A stretch of 64,000 nucleotides of DNA from Mobula hypostoma (GCF_963921235.1 NC_086120.1:8370001-8434000); one strand, 5' to 3'. Shown: positions 41,118 through 52,250, numbered from the stretch's first letter. Notes: generated by a model not told the origin, from the letters alone. Numbers and translations: made by a program.

Positions 41118-41900
41118 GTAATAATGCCGGAGGAATCATTGTGGAGTTTTTCCCGGTGTCCTCTTGTACCATCGTACATAGTATATATATATAAACTACT
41201 ATACTATAATATAATATAATATACAATGTACATAACGCACCTTACTGCTACTCAGGAAAGATTCCATCCCCACATTTAGACTGAATTGAACTCCTCAAAC
41301 AGTCAGGGTGGATTTGAACTGAACAACTGAATGGATTGTGGTGGAAACAGAAAGTATGTAATTTCTACTCCTTCGTACCTGGATGTGTGAGGGGCATCTC
41401 TAGTCAAGGGATGGAGAACAGCCACTGAATCAAGGAAATAACGGGGAGCTATATATATATATATAAATTCAAAATTAAACTTCATTTGTAATTTTAAAAT
41501 GTAAGAAGGAAGAAACAGTGTAAAACATTAACAATTATTGTTGTGATATTCAGTGAGGTAAACTTTTAAAACACAGAGAAATAAGGCACTATGGCTCCCC
41601 GTGCGGCTCCATATCGTGATTCCCCTTTAATTAGTCAGGAGACTATCCAGCCTATGCAGTAGTCCTTCGAGCATCAGAGGATCAGAGTCTGTAGATCAGA
41701 GGGTTGTAGGTTACATAAGTGCTGGCGACGAATGAGGGTACAGAGCCTTGTACCTTCCTCCTTCAGTGCAAAAGTGGGAAATATCAGACAAAGAACAGAT
41801 CTGCCGTCTCACTACAGTGACACCACTTCATTCCGACGGCGTGTGACTACGAATGGCAGAGTTTCAAAACCTTGCACTGGTTGGTCAGTGTGAGTGTCCC

Positions 41901-41930
41901 TGATTTGCATGGTTTCCTCCCCGGTATAAA
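41901..41930 (+). promoter_or_regulatory. Ig light-chain promoter: decamer/octamer plus TATA
   Basis: TGATTTGCAT at 41901-41910 (the light-chain orientation of the octamer) and TATAAA at 41925-41930, ~95 nt before the ATG. Confidence 0.9.
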
Positions 41931-42020
41931 TGACTCTATAACTAGGCAACACCGGCAACGGCGGCCACAGTCTGTCACAGATCCAGCGGCTGAAGGAAGG
42001 CAGGAAACTGACGGACAACA

Positions 42021-42069
42021 ATGATACGAACGCTGTGCTTTTTCTGGTCTCTGGTAACTTGGCTGGGCT
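42021..42069 (+). CDS. Ig light chain exon 1, signal peptide MIRTLCFFWSLVTWLG
   Basis: ATG in context ACAACAATG; 49-nt hydrophobic exon; phase-1 donor GTAAGT at 42070. Not present in the ORF track. Confidence 0.92.
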
Positions 42070-42173
42070 GTAAGTACAGGCAGCATGTCTGCGCCGCCAG
42101 CGCGTGCCGTTACGGGCTTTTGGGGGTCACATTAAAGAGTCAATGGGTAAAGTTGAATTCCTGTCTTTTACAG

Positions 42174-42530
42174 TTGGAGAGTCCCAGACTCTGACTCAGT
42201 CTCCGACCGTGTCGGTAAGTCCAGGAGCCACGGCCACGCTGGAATGTAACATCGGAACAGAGGATAGCTATCATGTATATTGGTACAAGCAGACACCGGG
42301 AACAGCCCCAAAATTGTTGCTCCGGTATTATCACACACGTACTGAGCCGGTCTATGCGCCTGGGATTAGAAGCGACCGTTTCACGTCGACAGCCAAAAGC
42401 GCCGGCACCGTTTACCAGTTAAACATTAAAAATGTGGAGCTGAATGACGCGGCTATTTATTACTGCGCAAAGTGGATTTCGTCGGGCAGTATTTATTGGT
42501 TCGGCACAGGGACCAAGCTCTTCGTTACAG
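42174..42530 (+). CDS. Ig light chain exon 2, pre-joined V-J, sigma-like
   Basis: Acceptor TTTTACAG at 42173. Reads FGESQTLTQSP..LECNIG..WYKQ..RFTS..YYCAKWISSGSIYWFGTGTKLFVT with both Cys, the Trp and FGxG intact, a long CDR2 and no RSS. Donor GTAAGT at 42531. Confidence 0.95.
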
Positions 42531-42546
42531 GTAAGTGACAGAAAAA

Positions 42547-45270
42547 TAGAACATAGAACATAAAACAATGCAGCACAGTACAGGCCCTTCGGCCCAAAAT
42601 GTTGTGCCGACCTTTAAACCCTGCCTCCGATATAACTCCCACCTTAAATTCCTCCATATACCTGTCTAGTAGTTTCTCTAATTTCACTGGTGTATGTGCC
42701 TGCGCCACCGATTCAGGCAGTGCATTCCACGCACCAAACACTTTCTGAGTAAAAAACCTTCCTCTAATATCCCCCATGAACTTCCCACCCCCTACCTCAA
42801 AGCCATGTCCTATTGTGCTGAGCAGTGGTGCCCTCGGGAAGAGGTGCTGGCTGTCAACTCTATCTATTACGTTTAATATTTTGTATACCTCTATCATGTC
42901 TCCTCTCATCTTCTTTCTCGCCAGAGAGTAAAGCCCTAGCTCCCTTAATCTCTGATCACAATTCATACTCTCTAAATCAGGCAGCGTCCTGGTAAATCTC
43001 CTCTGTACCCTTTCCAATGCTTCCACTTTCTTCCTATAATGAGTCGACCAGAACTGGGCATAGTACTCCAAGTGTGGCCTAACCAGAGTTTTATAGCGCT
43101 GCATCATCACCCCGCGACTCTTAAACTCTGTCCCTCGACTTATGAAAACTAACACTGCATAAGCATTGTTAACTACCCTCTCTACCTGTGAGGCAACTTT
43201 CAGGGATCTGTGGACATGTAACCTTAGATCCCTCTGCTCCTCCAAAGTGTACCGGCACAGACTTCTCCGGGTTGAACTCCATCTGCCACTTCTCAGCCCA
43301 TTTCTGCATCTTATCAATGTCTCTCTGCAATCTGCGACAATCCTCTAAACTATCCACAACACTACCAAACTTTGTGTCGTCTACAAACTTGCCAACCCGC
43401 TCTTCTACCCTCACATCCAAGTCGTTAAAAAATCACGAAAAGTAGAGGTCCCAGAACCGATCCTTGTGGGACACCAATAGTTACAACCCTTCAATCCAAA
43501 TGTACTCCCCCCACCGCGACCCTCTGCCTTCTGCAGGCAAGCCAATTCTGAATCGACCTGGCCAAACTTCCCTGTATCCCATGCCTTTTGACGTTCTGAA
43601 TAAACCTACCATGTGGAACCTTGTCAAATGCCTTATTAAAATCCATGTAGATCACATCCACTGCACCTCCCTCATCTATATGCCTGGTCACTTCCTCAAA
43701 GAACTCTATCAGGCTTGTGAGAAACGATCTGCCCTTCACAAAGCCATGCTGACTGTCCCTGATCAGACCATGATTCTCTAAACGTCCATAGATCCTATCT
43801 CTAAGAATCCTTTCCAACAGCTTTCCCACCACAGACGTAAGACTCACTGGTCTATAATTACCCAGACTATCCCTACTACCGGTTTTGAACAATGGGACAG
43901 CATTCGCCTCCCTCCCTTCCTCCGCTACCATTCCCGTGGACAACGAGGACGTAAAGATCCTAGCCAGAGGCTCAAAAATCTCTCCCCTCGCCTCGTGGAG
44001 CAGCGTGGGGAATATTCCGTCAGGCCCGGGGACTTACCCGTCCTAATGTATTTTAACAACTCCAACATCTCCTCTCCCTTCATATCAACAAGCTGCAGTA
44101 GCAACCTCACTCATATTGTCCTCACTGTCATCAAGTTCCCTCTCATTGATGAATACCAAAGAGAAGTATTCATTGACGACCACGCTCACTTCCACAGCCT
44201 CCAGGAATGTCTCCCCACCTTTATCTCTAATCGGTCCTATCTTCAGTCCTGTTACCCTTCTGTTTTTTACATAATTGAATCATTCCTTGTGGGTTTCCTT
44301 TACCCTACTCGCCAAGTCCTTCTCATACCCCCTTCTTGCTCTCCTCAGCCCCTTCTTAAGCTCCTTTCTTGCTTCCCTATATTCCTCAATAGACCCATCT
44401 GATCCTTGCTTCCTAAACCTCGTATGCTGCCTTCTTCCTCCTGACTAGATTTTCCACCTCACTTGTCACCCATGGTTCCTTCACCCTACCATTCTTTATC
44501 TTCCTCACTGGGACAAATTTATCCCTAACATACTGCAAGAGATCCCTAAACATCGACCATATATCCATAGTACATTTCCCTGCAAAAAACAATATCCCAA
44601 TTCACACCCGCAAGTTCTAGCCTTATAGCCTCATAATTTGCCCTTCGGCAATTAAAATTTTTCCTGTCCTCTCTGATTCTATCCTTTTCCATGATAATGT
44701 TAAAGTCCATGGAGCGGTGGTCACTGTCCCCCAGATGCTCACCCACTGAGGGATCTGTAACCTGACTGGGTTCGTTACCTAATACTAGATCTAGTATGGC
44801 ACTCCCCCTAGTCGGCCTGTCAACATTCTGTGACAGTAATCCGTCCTGGGCACACATAACAAACTCTGCCCCGTCTGAACCATTGGAACAAATCAGGTGC
44901 CGATCAGTATTAGGGAAGTTAAAATCACCTATGATAACAATCCTGTTATTTTTGCAGCTTTCCAAAATCTGTCTCCCAATCTGCTCCTCGGTTTCTCTAC
45001 TGCTACCAGGAGGCCTATAGAATACTCTCAATAGAGTAACTGCTCCCCTCCTGTTCCTTACTTCCACCCATACCGACTCAAAAGAGGATCCTGCTACATT
45101 ACCCACCCTTTCTGGAGCTGTAATAGCGGTAATAGTATCCCTGACCAGTAATGCCACCCCTCCTCCCCTCCCCGCACCCCATCCCTTTTAAAGCACTGAA
45201 ATCCAGAAATATTGAGAATCCATTCCTGCCCTTGTGCCAGTCAAGTCTCTGTAATGGCCATTACATCATA
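42547..45270 (-). mobile_element. 5'-truncated CR1 LINE inside the J-C intron, antisense
   Basis: (TAGAACA)n tail at 42547; RT motifs NYRPVSLTSVVGK, QHGFVKG, KFVDDTK; endonuclease motifs IIGDFNFP and AITETW ending at ~45270. Confidence 0.92.
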
Positions 45271-46255
45271 AATCCCTCCTGCAATTACTAGCTGTCTGAA
45301 TATGGTCACCTTGCAATTACTAATTTATACATCATTATTTATTGGTGAATTGAACGCCCGTCTCTGTGTTTGCGCGGTTCCAGTCCTATTAGTTTGGTCG
45401 CTTTTGCGTTGGCTTGTCGGAAGCCAGCGTGAGAAATACCAGGTTCCCAAAATGCGGCCCGAGTTATCACTGAGGGCATAATGTAGCCGACTGAAGTAAG
45501 CACGCTGTTGTTAAGACAACAGAACCAGACGTTTCAAGTAATTGTATCGGGACGATTCAGTGAAACAACCCTCGTACTTTCACTGAACTTCCAGTCCTCC
45601 CGTCCAGGTGGAAGACTCCTGTAGAAACCCATCCAATTGTTTCGTCTTTTCCTCCTCTCTCCTGCCATCTTCTCAATAAAGCGCTGCTCCTTTTGGGCTA
45701 CGGCCGCTCAGTGATTCTGGTCGCTGCACCGACTAAGGGCGGAGCTCCGGGTCGGGAGAACCCGACCTTCTTTCGCCCAGAATAATTGCTTCTGCATCGT
45801 CAGAGCGTGACTTCCCTAAACCAGCTGTTAAACTGAGGATCGCGCATATGTTGCCCTGCACACTGGGTAAGCGCAGAATATGAAACAGGTTTATTCTGTT
45901 TAGAACTGTGGGTGGCATTGGTGGGACGGCGCATTAGTGTCGAATGGATGTGACAAAGGGCTGGGCACGTGTCATTGGTGGCGCAGCCAGACAGCTGGAG
46001 ATGAAGTCACCGACCTGGTGATTATGCATTCCAGGGACTCACCAGGACAACCCTCAAAAAGGGATTTGACTGCAAATGTCTCTTCCTTCAGCGTTGACCA
46101 AATGCACTGCCCTGCGTAGGCTAAGGGCTGTTCCCTGGTGAAACCCTGTGTCCCATTCTTGAAAGCTGGAACATTTAATTCGCGCTTCCATCCGCTGTGA
46201 AATGCCACGAGATGATTGTTGACCTGTAATATGTCTCCTATTCTTCCCGATCCAG

Positions 46256-46578
46256 ATCAACAGCTCCCGGACCCTTCAGTAAAATTGTTTGGGCCGTCAG
46301 CCGAGGAGATCTCCGCTAAAGGAACTGGCACCTTAGTTTGCCTGGTCAGTAAGCTGTCGGTGGGCTTCCCTGTCATCAGCTGGACAGTGGACGGGAGTCC
46401 GACGAGCCGCGAGGCGCAAACAAGCGCAGTGAAGCGGAACACGGACAGCACTTTTAGTCTCAGCAGCTACCTGACGGTGCCCGGCACAGACTGGAGTAGC
46501 GGCAAGGTATACTCCTGCGTGGTTAAACTAGGAGCAGCCTCGACAACATCCGCAACAGTCACACAGTCCAGTTGTTAA
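46256..46578 (+). CDS. Ig light chain exon 3, constant C1-set domain, sigma-like
   Basis: Acceptor TTCTTCCCGATCCAG at 46255 is phase 1 and matches the J donor. Reads DQQLPDPSVKLFGPS..LVCLVS..ISWTVDGS..FSLSSYL..YSCVV..TQSSC then stop; the terminal Cys is available for the H-L bond. Confidence 0.95.
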
Positions 46579-46916
46579 AACAGAGCGCGGCATCGGACTT
46601 GTTTGCTCCGAAAAACATGATATACTTTTTACTAGTATTTTCACCCACCCTATCACTCTTTTCACTGTACTCCGAAATTCTGATCAGTTCTCTCTGATTT
46701 CCACTTTTTTGTTAGAATATTTGTAGCGAGGCTGATTTTGTTCCGTTTCACCCTCCGAGAAGCTAGGCGGGGTAAAAGTGGCCTGTCACCTGTCATCATT
46801 AGAAATATCAGCCAGTGAGTCAGCTAATAACTTTAATCTAATTAAAATTATTAATTAATATGCTCATGATTTCTCAGCAATATCAGACTGACAGATGGTA
46901 ACGGCCACAAACTTCT

Positions 46917-46922
46917 AATAAA
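46917..46922 (+). terminator. Probable polyadenylation signal of the light-chain gene
   Basis: First AATAAA seen after the stop, with a GT-rich tract downstream; an alternative ATTAAA lies at 46841. Confidence 0.6.
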
Positions 46923-47829
46923 GGTGTTTAGTGCAGGAATGATTTCCGTGTATGCGTATTTTTCTCTTGTTCGCTCTTCCCATTCTCATCCGGGTGGGAA
47001 GAGAGAGGAGGCTCGCAAGGACTGAACAGCACCGACCCATGAAGTCCGAGAGTTCAAATAACGTCAGAAATCCTACCGTCTTGCCGTTGGAAGGGGGAAG
47101 GAAGGAGGGGAGGAGGGGACGGGGGGAGAGAGGAAGAGTCAGAGAGACAAATAATCAGAGAGACCTGGGGTGGACAGAACTGATGAGGTGAGGAAAAATT
47201 TCCCGAGAAGCAACGAAGATGAGGTCGGAGTGGTGAGGGATGGCTCTCTCTCGATGTCGTTGTACCTATTTCCAACCCTAGCACTAGTGGAGACACAGCA
47301 GAGGAGAATATTCCAACGCATTCCGTTGCCCCGTTTAATACCCTTCAAGCCCTTTGACCTGATACTTTCCCATGGAAAGCCAGATAGTATCTTCAGCTGT
47401 TGAGTCATCTTGCCTTCCCACATAAAATATGCCCCACCATTATCTACTCACATGACAGTGGTCTGGTACCTACACTAAGTTTGCCAAACATTGCTGTGGA
47501 CATTTGCCCTTGTCCTTTCTCAAAACATTCCCACATTCCAGACTACATGTTACGAAACTCTACTGTGTGTGCACATTGAGCATATACCAAGAAGGAATCA
47601 ATTTTAACTTTTTACTTACACTCCACCCGTTGATTCCTCTTTGGTAGAATATACAGGAAAGTAAAATACACAACTAAATACAGGTAGCAAGCTCACTTGC
47701 TAACTAAAGTATAATCGTTTAAGTAGTGGAATTATCACAATAAACTTCACAAGGGCAGTCGGCTAAAATAAGATGCTGTACAAGCACAACCAATAGTACG
47801 ATTATAGCAAGCTACGAAGGGATCCTAGC

Positions 47830-48531
47830 AACACTCACAACACGCTGGAAGAACTCAGTCGGTCGGGCAGCATCTGGGAAAACGATCAGTCAAAGTTTTG
47901 GGCCGGAACCATTTGTCAGCACCCAAGAGCGAAGTGGCAGATGCCCTATAAAGAAGGTGGGGGAGGGTGGGAAGGGGAAGGCTGTAGGCTCCAGGTGAAA
48001 AACCAGTAAGGGGAAAGATAAAGGGGTGGGTGAGGGAAAGCAGAAAGGTGATAGGAAGGAAAGGTGAAGAAGGAATAGGGGAAAACACAATGGGTAGTAG
48101 AAGGAGGTGGAACCATGAGGGAGGTAATAGACAGCTGGGGAGGGGGCAGAGTGAAATAGGGATAGGGGAAGGGAGGGTGAGGGAATTACCGGAATTTAGA
48201 GAATTCTACGTTCATACCAAGGGGATGGAGACTACCTAAACGGTATATGAGGAGTTGCTCCTCCAACCAGAGTTTAGCCTCATCATGGCAATACAGGAGG
48301 CTATGTATGGACATATCCGAATGGGAATGAGAAGCAGAATTGAAGAGGGTGGCAACCGGGAGGCCATGGCCTCCTCTACATTGGTGAAACCCGACTCAGA
48401 TTGGAGGACCGCTTCATCGGCACCTCCGCTCCATCCGCCACAACAGACAAGATCTCCCAGTTGCCACCCATTTCAACTCTGCTTCCCATTCCCATTCGGA
48501 TATGTGCATACATGGCCTCCTCTACTGCCAT
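47830..48531. mobile_element. Older Penelope-like insertion: minus-strand 3' end joined to a plus-strand GIY-YIG piece
   Basis: Minus-strand tail and LEEQLLIYR region at 47830-48362; plus-strand GLLYIGETRLRLEDRF from 48367. Confidence 0.75.
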
Positions 48532-48809
48532 GAACAACTTGAAAGAGTGGCCCAGTGGAGAGAACTGTGACCAACTGGTGTCAGTGGGCTATGCCCCAGT
48601 AGGAGTGATGGGCATAAGTAAGTTTGTTAGTCGAGACTTCCAAGAACATTCACTTTATAATGAGGAGGTCGGGTTTCATAACAACTTCGCTTCCCTCTGT
48701 AAAATCTTCCGTCTCCACACATGTACAAGCCAGCAAAAGCTAACGCAGGAATATGTTTCAAAGTTGCTGGTGAACGCAGCAGGCCAGGCAGCATCTGTAG
48801 GAAGAGGTG

Positions 48810-48847
48810 CAGTCGACGTTTCAGGCCGAGACCCTTCGTCAGGACTA
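48810..48847 (-). ncRNA. Minimal type I hammerhead ribozyme motif
   Basis: Minus strand: TAGTC-CTGACGA-AGG gtctcgg CCT-GAAA-C-GTC-GACTG. Confidence 0.8.
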
Positions 48848-49870
48848 ACTGAAGGAAGAGTGAGTAAGGGATTTGAAAGTTGGAGGGGGAGGGGGAGATC
48901 CAAAATGATAGGAGAAGACAGGAGGGGGAGGGATAGAGCCAAGAGCTGGACAGGTGATAGGCAAAAGGGGATACGAGAGGATCATGGGTCAGGAGGTCCG
49001 CGAAGACAGACAGGGGGGGGGACCCAGAGGATGGGCAAGAGGTATATTCAGAGGGACAGAGGGAGAAAAAGGAGAGTGAGAGAAAGAATGTGTGCATAAA
49101 AATAAGTAACAGATGGGGTACGAGGGGGAGGTGGGGCCTTAGCGGAAGTTAGAGAAGTCGATGTTCATCTCCCTCCTGGCACTTATCCATGTAAGCGGAA
49201 CAAGTGCTACACATGCCCTTACACTTCCTCCCTTACCATCATTCAGGGCCCCAAACAGTCCTTCCAGGTGAGGCAACACTTCACCTGTGAGTCGACTGGG
49301 GTGATATACTGTGTCCGGTGCTCCCAATGTGGCCTTTTATATATTGGCGAGGCCTGACGCAGACTGGGAGACTGCTTTGCTGTCCGCCAGAGAAAGCAGG
49401 ATCTCCCAGTGGCCACACATTTTAATTCCACATCCCATTCCCATTCTGACATGTCTATCCACGGCCTCCTCAACTGTAAAGGTGAAGCCACACTCAGGTT
49501 GGAGGAACAACACCTTATATTCCATCTGGGTAGCCTCCAACCTGATGGCATGAACATCGACTTCTCTAACTTCCACTAAGGCCCCACCTCCCCCTCGAAC
49601 CCCATCTGTTACTTATTTTTATGCACACATTCTCCTCTCACTCTCCTTTTTCTCCCTCTGTCCCTCTGAATATACCTCTTGCCCATCCTCTGGGTCCCCC
49701 CCCACTGTCTTTCTTCCCGGACCTCCTGTCCCATGATCCTCTCGTATCCCCTTTTGCCTATCACCTGTCTAGTTCTTGGCTCTATCCTTCCTTCTCCTGT
49801 CTTCTCCTATCATTTTGGATCTCCCCCTCCCCCTCCAACTTTCAAATCCCTTACTCACGCTTCCTTCAGT

Positions 49871-49908
49871 TAGTCCTGACGAAGGGTCTCGGCCTGAAAC
49901 GTCGACTA
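49871..49908 (+). ncRNA. Minimal type I hammerhead ribozyme motif
   Basis: TAGTC-CTGACGA-AGG gtctcgg CCT-GAAA-C-GTC-GACTA: 5-bp stem I, full core, palindromic ACGT stem III. Confidence 0.85.
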
Positions 49909-51099
49909 CACCTCTTCCTACAGATGCTGCCTGGCCTGCTGCGTTCACCAGCAACTTTGATGTGTGTTGCTTGAATTTCCAGCATCTGCAGAATTACTGT
50001 TGTTTGCAGGAATATGTTTATTTACACACAAAATGCTGGAGGATCTCCAGCAGGCCAGACAGCATTGAAGGAAATGAATATTTCTAGGCAAAACTATTCA
50101 TGAAGACTAAAAAGAAAGGGGGAACACGCCAGAATAAATATAATGAGGAGGGAGGGTAAGGACAGAAGCGGCCCATGTTCCCTGTACATACACAACTCCA
50201 CAGGAGGCCAACAATCAGTCCAACTCAACCCCAAATGTATTCACTGTGGAAGTCTCCAGATTTCTATAGGGTGGAAAATTTCCTTGAGAATGGAAATTTA
50301 GCCCCAGCTCCTACATTACTAATCACTCCGAAAAACCATGTCCCCCAGGCGGACATATAACCCAGATCCACCAGATCCTCTCAGCATCTGGCCCTCCGGC
50401 TCCTATATTAGTCATATATATATATATACACACACGCGTGAATTTCATGAAACATTACGAAACATTTCCGAAACCAAAAAAAAAAACAACTCTTGAAAAA
50501 TTCCCGACAGTCTTTACCCAGGACCACAATAATGAAGCAACAATTGAAGAGTGAACAAAGACCTGACAGCAATCACACCGTGCGGTCAGATATTATATGG
50601 CTGCAGTCTGCCGATGGAGTGGAGAGCTCCTATCCATGAAGATAAGGGGGGACTGTGATGGAGGGCCACCTCTGTATCAAAAGGGTGATGGTGTGTTTCT
50701 GAGGACACAGAGCTCCAGGAAACAATCCCACTTAGCCAGAGCTCTTTACGTTTAGAAACCAGAGAGGTGATGTCAGTACTGGCCATTCTGGTGTGGAATT
50801 CATCACTTGAGTATCATCGCATTTCCTGTAGACTCTTACTGCTCCCATTGCACCTTGTCTGCACTGAGCACATTACAATCCACACAAGTCTCTGTGAAAA
50901 TATGTTGAGGCAAAATGGAATAAACCGCCAATCTGCCAATTCAATGACACAGCAGAGAGATCTGATGCTGGAAATATTCAGCAACTCACACAGCACCACA
51001 TCTCCAGAGATAGAGAATATATTGCCATTTCTTACAATGCCACCAACTCCCACATATCTCTTGACTACTTGTCTCCCATCCTTATACGTGTAAAAGTGT

Positions 51100-52250
51100 T
51101 ACTACTTTTTTTCAGTTCCTATAACCATGCTGCATCTGGTCTCCGACTTTCCATTCTTGAACATGCCAGATGTCCTCTTTTATTTAAAAAGGAGTCTCAT
51201 TCATCTCTTTCATCATGCTGCCCTCACCCACATCACATTCATTTCCCACAAATCTGCGCTTATCCCACCTTCTGGCCATTGTAACAGGGCTAGTTAATCC
51301 CCCAGCATGGCTTTGACATAAACATCCAGCATATAATTGTTTGCCAATCTGCCATCTCGTTCGATATCCCACCAACAGGCATACCTCTCTTCTTTCCGTA
51401 GAGATTGTTACTGCATTATTCACTTGTCTGCTCATCGCTCCCTACTATTCTTCCTCCTGGCACTTAGCCGAGCCACTGTCACAAGTGCTACTCCTCCATC
51501 ATCACCATTCAGGGCCTCAAACATTCCTTCAAGGTGAGTCAATACTTCACCTGCGAGTCTGTCTGGGTCAACTATTGCATTGGTGCTCTCGGTGTGGCCT
51601 TCGCTATGTTGGTGAGACCACAGAAATGTCGGCTGACCACTCCATCAAGCATCTTCCCTCTGCTCTCCGCCAAAGCCATGATATCCTTGTAGCCACTATT
51701 TCAATTGAACTACTCTGCTGCCCTGCTGAGTCCAAAGTCAGATTGGAGGAGTAACACATCATCTTCCGTCTGGTTTCCCTTGAATTTCATGGCATGACCC
51801 TCAATTTCAATAACATCAAATAGTTTCCACTACTCCATTCTCCGCGCCCCCCCCCCCCGCTTCTCTTTTCACCATTAACTTTCAGGTTACCTTTTCACCA
51901 TTTCTCTTCTCTTACTCCGCCCTCAGGACTATCAGCTTTTGTTGGGACCCCCTTCTTTTTGAACCTTGCTCCACTCTAGCCTTCTCTTCGATTCCTACTT
52001 CTTCAGCCATTGATCTCTTTCACCTATAACCTTGCAGATTCTTGCATTGTCCACCTCTCCCACTAACCTCATCATGTTGTCTCACTTACAATCTGCTCCT
52101 TGCCCTCCCCGCAGCCTCTGCCATCCAAACTTTCTTAGTCTGGCTCTTTTTGATAAAGGATCTGGGCCTGTAACGTCAACTGTTTATAACCCTGTATACA
52201 TGCTGCCTGAGTCCTTACAGCAGTTTTTGTTTGTGTGCCTGTCAGTATCA
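51100..52250 (+). mobile_element. Penelope-like fragment, old (RT end, GIY-YIG, tail)
   Basis: WCSRCGLRYVGET; degenerate tail with a decayed hammerhead near 52150-52185. Confidence 0.7.

Larger units (their letters stand above)
48759..50005 (+). mobile_element. Penelope-like element 3' end with an inverted pseudo-LTR and a 14-bp TSD
   Basis: Arms at 48759-49168 and 49550-49959. The spacer encodes CKRNKCYTC..VIYCVRCSQCGLLYIGE (GIY-YIG, one stop). GCAGGAATATGTTT occurs at 48745-48758 and 50006-50019. Confidence 0.9.

Noticed and set aside
42104-42173. ORF-track N-terminus MPLRAFGG.. of the V domain
   Set aside because: This is intron sequence; the true leader is the exon at 42021-42069. The same applies to MLTCNMSP.. 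upstream of the C exon.
42461-42467. Cryptic RSS for V replacement at the YYC codons
   Set aside because: The sequence is TACTGCG rather than TACTGTG, so the essential CAC is broken.
42493-43317. 274-aa antisense ORF overlapping J
   Set aside because: It is the CR1 RT C-terminus reading through its tail after frameshifts.
42021-46578. Processed retrocopy as the explanation for the V-J join
   Set aside because: Both introns and the native promoter are present, and there is no poly(A) tail or TSD.
47180-47225. CTGATGAG as another hammerhead
   Set aside because: No GAAA-closed stem II and no matching stem I or III.
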